The notes beneath the pieces are model-generated. The model had not been told where the DNA came from, did no database searches, and worked only from the letters and a program-made list of their open reading frames with translations. This document shows positions 10,605 to 20,598 of a DNA stretch of 64,000 bases, in pieces. Where the stretch lies: positions 376-64,375 of the forward strand of contig JBAYUI010000002.1 in assembly GCA_041675165.1 (NCBI GenBank), read 5' to 3'. Every line of letters starts with the position of its first letter. Position 1 is the stretch's first letter. The stretch comes from Parcubacteria group bacterium. Lineage in GTDB: Bacteria > Patescibacteriota > Minisyncoccia > Moranbacterales > UBA2206. The position numbers and the translations under genes were made by a program.

Positions 10605-13577
10605 ATGGAAGAAAACGCCAAATATAACCCGAAGGAAATTGAGGCCAAATGGCAGAAGTTTTGGCTTGAAAAAGGCGATTCTAAGATAGATAAAGACGAT
10701 GAAACCAAGAAGAAATTCTATATTTTAGACATGTTTCCCTATCCGTCCGGCAGTGGGCTGCATATGGGACACACGGAGAGTTATACGGCCAGCGATGTGG
10801 TTTATCGCTATAAAAAACTGCAGGGGTTTAATGTGCTTCATCCGCAAGGCTTTGATGCTTTCGGGCTGCCGGCGGAAAATTATGCCATTAAGACCGGCAT
10901 TTCTCCGGTGGAAACGACCAAGGCAAACATGGCCAATTATATCCGGCAGATGCAGTCACTCGGTTTTGCCTATGATTTTTCCGAAGCCGCGGTCACGTGC
11001 GATCCGGAATATTATAAATGGACGCAATGGATCTTCGGGGAATTTTTCAAAAACGGATTAGTATATAAAAAGACAGCCAAGACCAACTGGTGTTCTTCTT
11101 GTCAAACAGTGATTGCCAATGAACAAGTGTTGGATGGCAAATGTGAACGCTGCGGAACGGAAATTGAACAAAGAGCTGTACCGAGCTGGTTTTTCAAGAT
11201 CACGGATTTTGCCGAAGAACTAATTGGGGGATTGGACAAAGTTGATTGGCCGGAATATACCAAAAAGAATCAGAAAAATTGGATCGGAAAAAGTGAAGGA
11301 GTGACCGTTTCATTTGAAATAAAAATTTCAAATGAAAACGGAATTTCCAATTTCCAATTTCCAATTTCCAATAAAATCCAAAATCAAAATGATAAAAACC
11401 AAAAACAATTTATTGAGGTTTTTACCACCAGAATAGACACAATATATGGCGTGACTTATTTAGTTTTGGCACCGGAGCATGGGCTAGTTCAGGAACTGAA
11501 AAACGAGATCAAGAATTTTTCTGAAGTTGAAAAATATATTGAGCAAGCCAAAAACAAGACAGAGCTGAGCCGGATGGAGGCCAAAGAAAAAACAGGCGTG
11601 GAATTGCAAGGCATTAAGGCTATTAATCCATTTAATAATAAAGAAGTGCCGATTTTCATCGCGGACTATGTTTTGGCGCAATATGGCACGGGAGCAGTGA
11701 TGGCCGTGCCGGCTCATGATGAACGAGATTTTGAGTTTGCGAAGAGATATGATTTGGAAATCAAGGCAGTAATCGCCGTTGATGATTCTAATAGTTCTAT
11801 TTCTGTGGCAGTTTTAAGTTTCGCTAAAAAAATCGCGCAATATGCTTCAGAGAAAAAGATACTCGCAGTTTTCGATGGCGGAATTGGTTTGGATATTGCG
11901 TTTGGAAAAATTACCAGAAATCATGACGATATAGATTTACAAGTAGAAAGTGGTGAGCTTGATAAGTGGATAAAATATTTAGAAGAGGAAAATTTTAAAG
12001 TAAAAAAAAATCCTGATAAAAGATTTGATATTTATACGGCTGATAATGGTATTTTCCATATAGACTTCGGATGCTATATCGATCTGGATAAAAATAAAAA
12101 TGATAAGGATTATCTTATAAGAAATGTTATTGATGAGATTGAATTTGCAACTTTTAAACCAGGGGAAATATTAGAGTATAAAATTTCTGAAATAAAAAGA
12201 TTGGGAATCAAGAGACAAAAAGACTCGCATGATTTAGCCTTGCATAGCATGGAGGCTTTTGTGGAAGACGGATTTCTTATAAATTCCAGTGAGTATTCTG
12301 GATTATCTTCCAAAAATGCGCGGGAAAAAATGGCCGAATGGTTGGAAGAAAAAAAGCTTGGTGAAAAAATAACAAATTATCGTTTGCGGGACTGGTCCAT
12401 TTCTAGGCAGAGGTATTGGGGCTGTCCGATCCCGATCGTCTATTCTCCGGACGGGGAGGCGCATCTGGTTCCGGAGGAACATCTGCCGTGGAAATTGCCG
12501 ATGGACGTCGATTTTGTGCCGACCGGCACTTCGCCTTTGGCCAAGTCCGAGGAGCTGAAAAAACGGACGCAAGATTTTTTTGGTGCTGGCTGGACAGCGG
12601 AATATGACACCATGGACACCTTCGTTGATTCTTCGTGGTATTTCTTGCGTTATCCGGATGCGCACAACGACAAAGAATTTTGTTCCAAGGAGCGATTGAA
12701 AAAATGGTTGCCGGTGGACGTCTATATCGGTGGCGCGGAGCACACTTATATGCATCTGCTTTTCGCCAGGTTTTTTGTGAAAGCCATGCATCGGATCGGC
12801 CTTTTGGATTTCGATGAACCGTTTTTGAAGTTGCGCCATCAAGGGATGGTTTTGGACAAGGAAGGCAAGAAAATGTCCAAATCAAAGGGCAATGTCATCA
12901 ATCCGGACGAAATGGTGGAAAAATTCGGCGCTGACTCAGTGCGAGCGTATATGCTTTTCGCAGCGCCCTTGGAAGATGCTGTGATGTGGAATGAGGATAA
13001 TATTATTGGGGTGAGGAGGTTTTTGGAGAAAGTTTGGAAAATACAATATAAAATTACAAATGACAAATTGCAAATTTCAAATAAAGCTCAAAATCCAAAT
13101 GACCAAAATAAAAAACTAAATTCGCTGATACATAAAACCATTAAGAAAGTTGGAGAAGATATTGAAAACTTTAGATTTAATACGGCAGTGAGCCAGCTTA
13201 TGATACTCGTGAACGAGATGGAAAAACAAGAAGAATTAAGCATTACTGATTACGAATTATTGATTATTCTTCTTGCTCCATTTGCTCCACACATTGCCGA
13301 AGAAATTTTCCAAGAAGTTCTGGGTCACAAGGAATCGATATTTTTGCAGAAGTGGCCGGAGTTTTCTGAAACACTGACCAAGGATGAAGAGATCAATTTG
13401 GTGTTGCAAGTGAATGGCAAGGTGCGGGATATGGTGGCAGTGAGCGCAGATATATCAGAAGAAGAAGCGAAAGAAATCGCCTTGGTGAGTGAAAAAATCA
13501 AAAAGCATATTGCTGATAAAGAAATCAAGAAAATTATTTTTGTGAAAGGGAAGTTGGTTAATATCGTTGTAATGTAA
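10605..13577 (+). CDS. leuS: Leucyl-tRNA synthetase with inserted nucleotidyltransferase-like domain
   Basis: MFPYPSG.GLHMGH, GTGAVMAVPAHDERD, DW.ISRQRYWG, KMSKS. Confidence 0.98.
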   Translation: MEENAKYNPKEIEAKWQKFWLEKGDSKIDKDDETKKKFYILDMFPYPSGSGLHMGHTESYTASDVVYRYKKLQGFNVLHPQGFDAFGLPAENYAIKTGISPVETTKANMANYIRQMQSLGFAYDFSEAAVTCDPEYYKWTQWIFGEFFKNGLVYKKTAKTNWCSSCQTVIANEQVLDGKCERCGTEIEQRAVPSWFFKITDFAEELIGGLDKVDWPEYTKKNQKNWIGKSEGVTVSFEIKISNENGISNFQFPISNKIQNQNDKNQKQFIEVFTTRIDTIYGVTYLVLAPEHGLVQELKNEIKNFSEVEKYIEQAKNKTELSRMEAKEKTGVELQGIKAINPFNNKEVPIFIADYVLAQYGTGAVMAVPAHDERDFEFAKRYDLEIKAVIAVDDSNSSISVAVLSFAKKIAQYASEKKILAVFDGGIGLDIAFGKITRNHDDIDLQVESGELDKWIKYLEEENFKVKKNPDKRFDIYTADNGIFHIDFGCYIDLDKNKNDKDYLIRNVIDEIEFATFKPGEILEYKISEIKRLGIKRQKDSHDLALHSMEAFVEDGFLINSSEYSGLSSKNAREKMAEWLEEKKLGEKITNYRLRDWSISRQRYWGCPIPIVYSPDGEAHLVPEEHLPWKLPMDVDFVPTGTSPLAKSEELKKRTQDFFGAGWTAEYDTMDTFVDSSWYFLRYPDAHNDKEFCSKERLKKWLPVDVYIGGAEHTYMHLLFARFFVKAMHRIGLLDFDEPFLKLRHQGMVLDKEGKKMSKSKGNVINPDEMVEKFGADSVRAYMLFAAPLEDAVMWNEDNIIGVRRFLEKVWKIQYKITNDKLQISNKAQNPNDQNKKLNSLIHKTIKKVGEDIENFRFNTAVSQLMILVNEMEKQEELSITDYELLIILLAPFAPHIAEEIFQEVLGHKESIFLQKWPEFSETLTKDEEINLVLQVNGKVRDMVAVSADISEEEAKEIALVSEKIKKHIADKEIKKIIFVKGKLVNIVVM

Positions 13578-13662
13578 TACAAATACGCGAATTTTACACA
13601 AATACGCGAATGCGCGAATGAATACCCATTCGCGTCATTCGCATCAATTCGTGTATTTGCAT
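13576..13662. repeat. Iterated palindrome (acgcgaat units)
   Basis: caaatacgcgaat x2 ... attcgcgt, attcgcat, attcgtgtatttg. Confidence 0.7.
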
Positions 13663-13672
13663 CAAATCTATT

Positions 13673-14353
13673 ATGCAAGCAGTCATCCTCGCCGCTGGAC
13701 GCGGAAAAAGAATGGGAAAACTGACAGTGGCTACGACGAAACCGATGCTCAAAATCAAGGGCAAGCCGATCCTTGAGCACAAACTCAATGCCTTGCCGAA
13801 AAAGATCAAAGAGATCATTTTCGTAGTGGGCTATCACAGTATGCATATCATTTCGCACTTCAAACATTGTTATGGCGGACGACGCATCATCTATGTCTTT
13901 CAAAGCAGTTTGAACGGGACGGGCGGAGCGTTGCATTTGGCCAAAAGCATCCTCAGGGATAAATTTCTGGTGATGATGGGGGACGATCTGTATCACAAGA
14001 AAGATCTGGAAGAAATGATCAAATATGATCTGGCCATCATGGGGCACGGTGTGTCGGACCCCAGCTCGTTCGGGATGATCAAAGATGACGGCAAAGGCTT
14101 GATGCTGGACGTGGTTGAGAAACCGAAAAATTCCCGCCATAAATTGGCCAATACCGGTGTATACGTTTTAAACAGGGCTTTTTTCGATTATGAATTGGTG
14201 CCGATCGGCAAAGTAGAATTCGGTTTGCCGCAGACCTTGGCCAAGATGGCGGCGAAGCATAAGATCAAGATCCACACAGCCCGTGCTTGGCATCCGATCG
14301 GAAATGCCGAAGATCTGAAGAAGGCGGAAGAGATTATTCAGACTTTTTTGTGA
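13673..14353 (+). CDS. Sugar-phosphate nucleotidyltransferase family protein
   Basis: AVILAAGRGKRM...KPML, GTGGAL, MGDD, VEKP. Confidence 0.9.
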   Translation: MQAVILAAGRGKRMGKLTVATTKPMLKIKGKPILEHKLNALPKKIKEIIFVVGYHSMHIISHFKHCYGGRRIIYVFQSSLNGTGGALHLAKSILRDKFLVMMGDDLYHKKDLEEMIKYDLAIMGHGVSDPSSFGMIKDDGKGLMLDVVEKPKNSRHKLANTGVYVLNRAFFDYELVPIGKVEFGLPQTLAKMAAKHKIKIHTARAWHPIGNAEDLKKAEEIIQTFL

Positions 14354-14412
14354 GCGCTAAGGCGAGTTGGGGGATGAGAAAACATAATTCGTGATATTAT
14401 ATAGAATAGAAA

Positions 14413-14805
14413 ATGGATATCCGCGCTATTAAAAATGATCGCTTCTATTTTTGGACCAATCACGCCAAATACAAACTTTTGCAATATGGTTTTAGTCCGA
14501 CGGCCATTAAGAATGTCATCCGCCGGCCGGAGAGGACGGAAGAGGGCATTGCGCCCGAAACGATAGCGGTAATGCGGAGGAAGGATGCCAAGAAAACGAA
14601 ACGGGAAATCTGGGTGATGTATCAAAAAGTTAAAAAGGAAAAGTTTCCGCCAAAGGCGGATCAGTCTATGGCTGAAAAAGATAAAAGTGGCGGAAAAATT
14701 AAAATTATCAGCGCCTGGATCTATCCCGGAGTGAGTCCGACGGATAAGGAAATTTTTGTGCCGGAGGACGTGTGGGAGGCGCTCGGAGAATGCGTAAGTC
14801 AATAA
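14413..14805 (+). CDS. Hypothetical protein (DUF4258-like), with in-frame palindrome
   Basis: WTNHA..K, KIKIISAW.YPG; hairpin doublet at 14646-14675. Confidence 0.7.
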   Translation: MDIRAIKNDRFYFWTNHAKYKLLQYGFSPTAIKNVIRRPERTEEGIAPETIAVMRRKDAKKTKREIWVMYQKVKKEKFPPKADQSMAEKDKSGGKIKIISAWIYPGVSPTDKEIFVPEDVWEALGECVSQ

Positions 14806-14813
14806 AACAAAAA

Positions 14814-16280
14814 ATGGAAAACAAAAATATCGAAAAAATATCTCAAGAAAAGTTTTTTACCCTCTCTGAATTTCGCCATCGCGTCGGTATTCCTCTAATT
14901 ATGGCGAAAAAGTTGGTGATATGGGGCGAAGTGCGCGCGGTGCGGGCACTGGATGGCACTTGGCTCATCGCGGAAACAGAAGTGGTTAAAATCGCAAGAA
15001 TCATCAAAAATCCTTGGAAGAAGGCGTATTATTTTTTCCGTGCCTTGGGCCCTGGGGTGATTACGGGGGCCTCAGATGATGATCCGAGCGGCATTGGGAC
15101 TTATTCTTCCGTGGGAGCGCAATTCGGACTCGGACTTTTATGGATGGCGGCTTGGATCTTGCCGATGATGATGGCCATCCAGGAGGCGTGCGCGCGGATT
15201 GGGATCGTCACTAATCGGGGCTTGGCCGGAGTCCTGCAGAAGCACTATCATCGCAAAGTGATGGTTGGCATCGTGTCCATTCTTATCCTGGCCAATGTGA
15301 TAAACATCGGAGCGGATATCGGGGCGATGGCCAAATCTTTGCAGATGCTCATCAATATAAATTTTTATCTGGCAGCAATCGCGTTTGCGGCGATGATTAT
15401 CCTGCTGGAAGTTTTTGTTGGTTATCATACATATGTCAAAATTTTGAAGTGGCTGACGATTTCTGTCCTGGCTTATGTGGTGACGGGAATCATCATCAAA
15501 CCCGATTGGAATGCGATTCTGGCGGCGGCCGTTGTTCCTGAAATGCATTTTAATCGGGAATATCTTTTCGCTATCATTGCTGTGTTTGGGACAAGTATCA
15601 CGCCGTATCTGTTTTTTTGGCAGACTTCCGAAGAAGTGGAAGAGAACAAGAAGGATAAAAAACTATTCCGTAGCCTGCATCAGAAAGACGATCGTACGAT
15701 TGTGAATCGGATTGCCAAGATGCGCACAGACGTGGAAACCGGCATGGTTCTGGCCAATGTCGTTTTCTTTTTCATCATTGTGACCACCGCCCAAGTCTTG
15801 TTCAAAAACGGAATTTTCAATATTGATTCGGCAGAGCAAGCGGCGTTGGCGCTCAGGCCGTTGGCCGGTGATTATGCTTATCTGCTTTTCGCTCTCGGCA
15901 TCATCGGAACGGGACTTCTGGCGGTGCCGATCTTGGCCGGTTCAGGAGCTTATGCCTTGTCTGAAATTATGAAATGGCACGAAGGCTTGGAAGAAAAATT
16001 TTCCCGCGCCAAAGGATTCTATCTGGTCATCATAGTTTCCATCTTGGTCGGACTGGCTCTGAACTTTTTCCACATCAATCCGATTGCCGCTTTATACTAT
16101 TCAGCTTTCCTTAATGGCGTGATTTCTTTGCCGCTTCTGGCGGCCATTATGATCGTGAGCGATGACAAAAAGATAATGGGGCGCGAAACCAATCCTCTCT
16201 GGGTCAGGATTTTTGGCTGGTTGGCGGTGGTTTTCATCACGGGGATGATCATTTTGGCGGGCGTACTTTATTTCATCTGA
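14814..16280 (+). CDS. NRAMP-family divalent metal transporter with N-terminal HTH-like extension
   Basis: LGPGVITGASDDDPSGIGTYS, GTSITPYLFFWQ; multiple TMs. Confidence 0.88.
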   Translation: MENKNIEKISQEKFFTLSEFRHRVGIPLIMAKKLVIWGEVRAVRALDGTWLIAETEVVKIARIIKNPWKKAYYFFRALGPGVITGASDDDPSGIGTYSSVGAQFGLGLLWMAAWILPMMMAIQEACARIGIVTNRGLAGVLQKHYHRKVMVGIVSILILANVINIGADIGAMAKSLQMLININFYLAAIAFAAMIILLEVFVGYHTYVKILKWLTISVLAYVVTGIIIKPDWNAILAAAVVPEMHFNREYLFAIIAVFGTSITPYLFFWQTSEEVEENKKDKKLFRSLHQKDDRTIVNRIAKMRTDVETGMVLANVVFFFIIVTTAQVLFKNGIFNIDSAEQAALALRPLAGDYAYLLFALGIIGTGLLAVPILAGSGAYALSEIMKWHEGLEEKFSRAKGFYLVIIVSILVGLALNFFHINPIAALYYSAFLNGVISLPLLAAIMIVSDDKKIMGRETNPLWVRIFGWLAVVFITGMIILAGVLYFI

Positions 16281-16351
16281 TAACTTGTTGCCACATAAAA
16301 AATTTTAGCAATCCTTGCAATATCAGCCAGACTGAAGTAAGATTATGACCT

Positions 16352-17428
16352 ATGGATATTGAAAAATTAGAGGTTTTCTTGCAAGAACACAATCAGCCGA
16401 AATTTCGTTTGAAACAGGTCAAAAAAGCCATTTTCCAGGATGGGATTTCGAGCTTTTCAGAAATTACGACACTGAGCAAGGAATTGCGCGAAGAATTGGC
16501 CAAAAAGATGGAAGTATTGTCTTTTTCGGTGGAAAAAGTATTAGTTTCCAAAGATGGAAAATCGGCCAAGGCACTCTTTAAGTTGCAGGACGGGAAATTC
16601 ATCGAAGCAGTCCTGATTTCTCCGCTTGAAAACACTTGGTCAGTGTGTGTTTCGTCGCAAGTCGGCTGTCCGTTGGGATGTGAATTTTGTTCAACGGGGC
16701 AGATGGGTTTCGTGCGGAATCTGACGGCCGAAGAAATCACGGATCAGGTTTTGTTCTGGAAAAACTTCCTCCGTAACCCCTCCGGTTTCACAACCCCTCC
16801 GCCCCGATTACGGGGCACCTCCCCTGAATACAGGAGAGGGGGAGTATTGAGCAATGTCGTCTACATGGGGATGGGGGAGCCGTTCCTCAATTGGAAGGAA
16901 GTGAGCCGAAGCTTGCATGATCTCATCGATCCGGAGTTGTTCGGTTTCGGCGCGCGGAGCATTTCGGTTTCCACGGCCGGCATTCCGGAAGGAATTCTCA
17001 AAATGGCTGAGGAATTTCCACAAGTGAATCTGGCACTGTCACTGCATTTCGGAAGGGATGAAAAAAGAAGTGAGATTATGCCCATCAATCGTCAGTATAA
17101 TCTGGAAGCTGTTCGAGAAGCACTCTGGAAATATTTTGAGCTGTCTAATCGAAAAGTTTTTTTGGAATACGTGATGCTTAGTGGAATAAATGACAGCCAA
17201 AAGGACGCGGAGTCCTTGGCGCGTTTCGTGAAATCCATCGGTAAGCTGCAACTTTTGCACATCAATCTGATCCGCTATAGCGCGACGGGTTCGAAATTCA
17301 AACCCTCAAGCAAAGAGCAGACGTTGAAATTCAAGAATTATTTATTGAGCCAGAATCTGAGCGTGACCATCCGGAAAAGCTTAGGGGAAGAAATACAGGG
17401 GGCGTGCGGACAACTCGCTTCGCACTAA
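16352..17428 (+). CDS. rlmN: 23S rRNA (A2503) radical-SAM methyltransferase RlmN
   Basis: CVSSQVGCPLGCEFC, YMGMGEP, GACGQL. Confidence 0.96.
   Translation: MDIEKLEVFLQEHNQPKFRLKQVKKAIFQDGISSFSEITTLSKELREELAKKMEVLSFSVEKVLVSKDGKSAKALFKLQDGKFIEAVLISPLENTWSVCVSSQVGCPLGCEFCSTGQMGFVRNLTAEEITDQVLFWKNFLRNPSGFTTPPPRLRGTSPEYRRGGVLSNVVYMGMGEPFLNWKEVSRSLHDLIDPELFGFGARSISVSTAGIPEGILKMAEEFPQVNLALSLHFGRDEKRSEIMPINRQYNLEAVREALWKYFELSNRKVFLEYVMLSGINDSQKDAESLARFVKSIGKLQLLHINLIRYSATGSKFKPSSKEQTLKFKNYLLSQNLSVTIRKSLGEEIQGACGQLASH
16789..16843 (+). repeat. GC-rich double-hairpin repeat inserted in-frame in rlmN
   Basis: cacaacccctcc-gccccgattacggggc-acctcccctgaatacaggagaggggga; near-identical copy in dxs. Confidence 0.85.
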
Positions 17429-17459
17429 CTTTCGCTGTTTAAATATATGCAATATATTT

Positions 17460-19385
17460 ATGAAAAAAAATAAATCAAAAAAAATATTAGACTCGATCAA
17501 TTTTCCGGCTGACCTGAGAAAATTGCCAAAAGAAAAGTTGTCCGAGCTGTGCAAAGAAGTGCGGCAGTTTTTGATCGATAGTGTGGCGGTGACGGGCGGG
17601 CATTTCGGCTCGAATTTGGGCGTGGTGGAGCTGACCGTGGCTTTGCATTATGTTTTTGAAACGCCGCAAGATAAATTGATCTGGGACGTTGGGCATCAGA
17701 GTTATCCGCATAAGATCCTGACTGGAAGAAAAGACAAAATGACGACGATCCGTAAATTTGGCGGGCTGGCACCTTTTCCCCGAAGGGAAGAAAGCGAATA
17801 TGACACTTTCAATGTGGGGCACTCCAGCACTTCTATCGGGGCGGCCGCCGGTATGGCGCTAGCCGAGCGTGACAAAAAAAATCCGGCGCAAATCGTGGCT
17901 ATCATTGGGGATGGGGCGCTGACTGGCGGGATGGCTTTGGAAGCGCTGAACCACGCGGGCGATGCGGCATCTGATATGCTGGTGATTCTGAATGACAATA
18001 AGATGTCCATTTCGCCGAACGTCGGGGCGATGGGTCAATATCTGACGCGACTCATTTCCTCGCCAGCTTACGTGAATACGCGTGCCAAGGGGCGGGAATT
18101 TTTTGATGCCGCGCCGCGCCTTAAAAGGATCCTGATGCGCGCCGAATCGCACACCAAAGGTATGATAGTGCCCGGCACGCTGTTCGAAGAATTGGGTTTT
18201 GAATATTATGGTCCGATCGATGGACACGATGTTTTGTCTTTGGTGGAAGTGCTTGAGAATTTGAAAAAAATCAAAGGGCCGAAATTTTTGCATATCTTGA
18301 CCAAAAAAGGCAAGGGCTATGCTCCCGCTGAAAATGACCGTTTGTCTTTTCATGCGGTGAAACCGTTTGATCCCATAACAGGCAAAAATATTCCCGGCAA
18401 ACAAAAAAGCAGTAGCTATACAGATATTTTTTCACAGTGGATCTGTGACAAGGCCGCGAAGGAAAAAAATTTGCACGCCATCACACCGGCCATGTGCCAT
18501 GGTTCCGGTCTGGTTGAGTTCAAAGAAAAATTTCCCTCTCGCTATCATGATGTGGGCATCGCTGAACAGCACGCGCTCACTCTGGCCGCGGGACTGGCTG
18601 CGGCGGGGAAAAAACCGGTCGTGGCCATCTATTCATCTTTTTTGCAAAGAGCTTATGACCAACTCATCCATGACATTGCTCTCCAAAATTTGAACGTCCT
18701 TTTGGCGATCGACCGCGCCGGCATTGTCGGGCCGGACGGCGCCACACATGCCGGCAGTTTCGATCTGTCATTTCTGCGGGTCATTCCCAATCTCGTTATT
18801 ATGGCGCCGAGGAATATCAGTGAATGTCGCGCTATGCTGGAAGTTGGTTTTGATCATAAGGGGCCGGTGGCGGTGCGTTATCCGAGAGGCGGGGATGTTG
18901 TTTCTTTGCAACCCCAACTGCAACCACAACCCCTCCGCTCCGACGATTACGTCGGAGCACCTCCCCTGAGTACAGGGGAGGGGGAATCACTCAAAATGGA
19001 AATTGGCAAGGCGCAGGTTTTGCGTGCTGGAAGAAACATTGCCATCTTGGCGTTCGGGGCGATGGTGGAAAGATGCAAAGCAGTGGCTGAAAATTTGGAT
19101 GCTACTTTGATCAATATGCGGTTTGTGAAACCGTTGGATGAAAAATTGCTGGAAGAATTAGCCAAGACGCATAAATATTTCATCACCGTCGAAGACAACG
19201 CCGTTCTCGGCGGCGCCGGCAGTGCGGTGGCCGAGTTTGTGTTGAATAATAAACTTTCTATTTCCATCAAAAACCTTGGTCTGCCCGATGAATTTTTGCC
19301 GCACGGTACGCGGGAAGAAATTTTGGCTCTGGCTGGCCTTTCGGGGGAGGAGATTGAAAAGGCGGTGAGGCGGTTTGTGGGATAG
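17460..19385 (+). CDS. dxs: 1-deoxy-D-xylulose-5-phosphate synthase
   Basis: GGHFGSNLG, WDVGHQ, GHSSTSI, GDGALTGG, DVGIAEQH, DRAG..GPDGATH. Confidence 0.97.
   Translation: MKKNKSKKILDSINFPADLRKLPKEKLSELCKEVRQFLIDSVAVTGGHFGSNLGVVELTVALHYVFETPQDKLIWDVGHQSYPHKILTGRKDKMTTIRKFGGLAPFPRREESEYDTFNVGHSSTSIGAAAGMALAERDKKNPAQIVAIIGDGALTGGMALEALNHAGDAASDMLVILNDNKMSISPNVGAMGQYLTRLISSPAYVNTRAKGREFFDAAPRLKRILMRAESHTKGMIVPGTLFEELGFEYYGPIDGHDVLSLVEVLENLKKIKGPKFLHILTKKGKGYAPAENDRLSFHAVKPFDPITGKNIPGKQKSSSYTDIFSQWICDKAAKEKNLHAITPAMCHGSGLVEFKEKFPSRYHDVGIAEQHALTLAAGLAAAGKKPVVAIYSSFLQRAYDQLIHDIALQNLNVLLAIDRAGIVGPDGATHAGSFDLSFLRVIPNLVIMAPRNISECRAMLEVGFDHKGPVAVRYPRGGDVVSLQPQLQPQPLRSDDYVGAPPLSTGEGESLKMEIGKAQVLRAGRNIAILAFGAMVERCKAVAENLDATLINMRFVKPLDEKLLEELAKTHKYFITVEDNAVLGGAGSAVAEFVLNNKLSISIKNLGLPDEFLPHGTREEILALAGLSGEEIEKAVRRFVG
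18925..18985 (+). repeat. GC-rich double-hairpin repeat inserted in-frame in dxs
   Basis: cacaacccctcc-gctccgacgattacgtcggagc-acctcccctgagtacaggggaggggga. Confidence 0.85.
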
Positions 19386-19497
19386 AAAAAATATATTTAT
19401 AGAGGCTTCTACGGAGACCTCTATTTTGTTATCAGTAGGACTTGCATCTTTTTCACATAATGATATAATATCATTGAAATCATTTAAAACAAAAAAG

Positions 19498-20301
19498 ATG
19501 AAAAATATTTTTGAAGAGATAAAAAGAATCAATGAATATGGAAGTGAATATTGGTCGGCGCGGGAGCTGTCTAAGGCGCTTGATTATTTTGATTATCGTA
19601 ATTTTATAAAGGCCGTAGATAAGGCCAAAGAAGCTTGCAAAAATAGTGGAGAAGTTATCCACAACCATTTTGTTGATGCCAACGAAATGGTTGCAATTGG
19701 TTCTAGCGCAAAAAGACAGGTAGATACGATTTATTTGTCCCGCTATGCTTGCTATTTGATTATTCAAAATTCTGACCCATCTAAAGAAATTGTTGCTTTG
19801 GGGCAGACATATTTTGCGTTGCAAACTAGACGGCAAGAAAAGACTGATCAGTTGATAGAAGACAGCAAGCGGATCAATTTGCGCCAGGAAATGAAAAAGC
19901 ATAATACTTCTTTGGCAGAAGCGGCGACAAATGCCGGAGTGGAAAATTATGGCAAGTTCCAAAACTATGGCTATAAAGGATTGTATGGCGGGCTGGATGC
20001 CAATGATATCCATGAAAAGAAAAAATTGAAAAAATCACAAAAAATTTTGGATCACATGGGCAGTGAAGAATTGGCCGCAAATTTGTTCCGTGCTACGCAA
20101 GCTGATGCAAAATTACGTCGGGAAAAAATCCAAGGCGAGATGAATGCGAATCTGACGCATTACGCAGTCGGACAAAAAGTTCGGAAAACCATCGAAGAGT
20201 TGGGCGGCGAAATGCCCGAAGATCTGCCCAGCACTGATGGCATCTGCCAAGCCAAGACTCGCGTTAGGAAAATAGACCAGAAGAAGATAGTAGGAGAGTA
20301 A
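19498..20301 (+). CDS. dinD: DNA damage-inducible protein D
   Basis: EYWSAREL, LSRYACYLI.QN.DP, QTYFA.QTRRQE, ILDHMGSEELAANLFRATQ. Confidence 0.92.
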   Translation: MKNIFEEIKRINEYGSEYWSARELSKALDYFDYRNFIKAVDKAKEACKNSGEVIHNHFVDANEMVAIGSSAKRQVDTIYLSRYACYLIIQNSDPSKEIVALGQTYFALQTRRQEKTDQLIEDSKRINLRQEMKKHNTSLAEAATNAGVENYGKFQNYGYKGLYGGLDANDIHEKKKLKKSQKILDHMGSEELAANLFRATQADAKLRREKIQGEMNANLTHYAVGQKVRKTIEELGGEMPEDLPSTDGICQAKTRVRKIDQKKIVGE

Positions 20302-20598
20302 AGATTAAAAAATATTACTTTTATTGCATTTTTGCCAATTTTTATTTAGTGGAGTATGCTGGAGGAGTTTAAAGTTGAGGAAAGGGGCTTGACGGTGCGG
20401 AGTTATTGATATATAATTTACGCATAAAAACAGAAACACAAAAGGAAAGAAGAAAAATTTACGATTTTTGTCCGACAGACTGAAAAAGGACCGAATCTTA
20501 AAATCAAATACGGGTGAGTTTGCTTTTAAAAAAGGAAATTAGAAAGTATGCCGCGACAATGCGTAGTATATTTTCTGGTTTCCTTTTTTTGTGGCATT

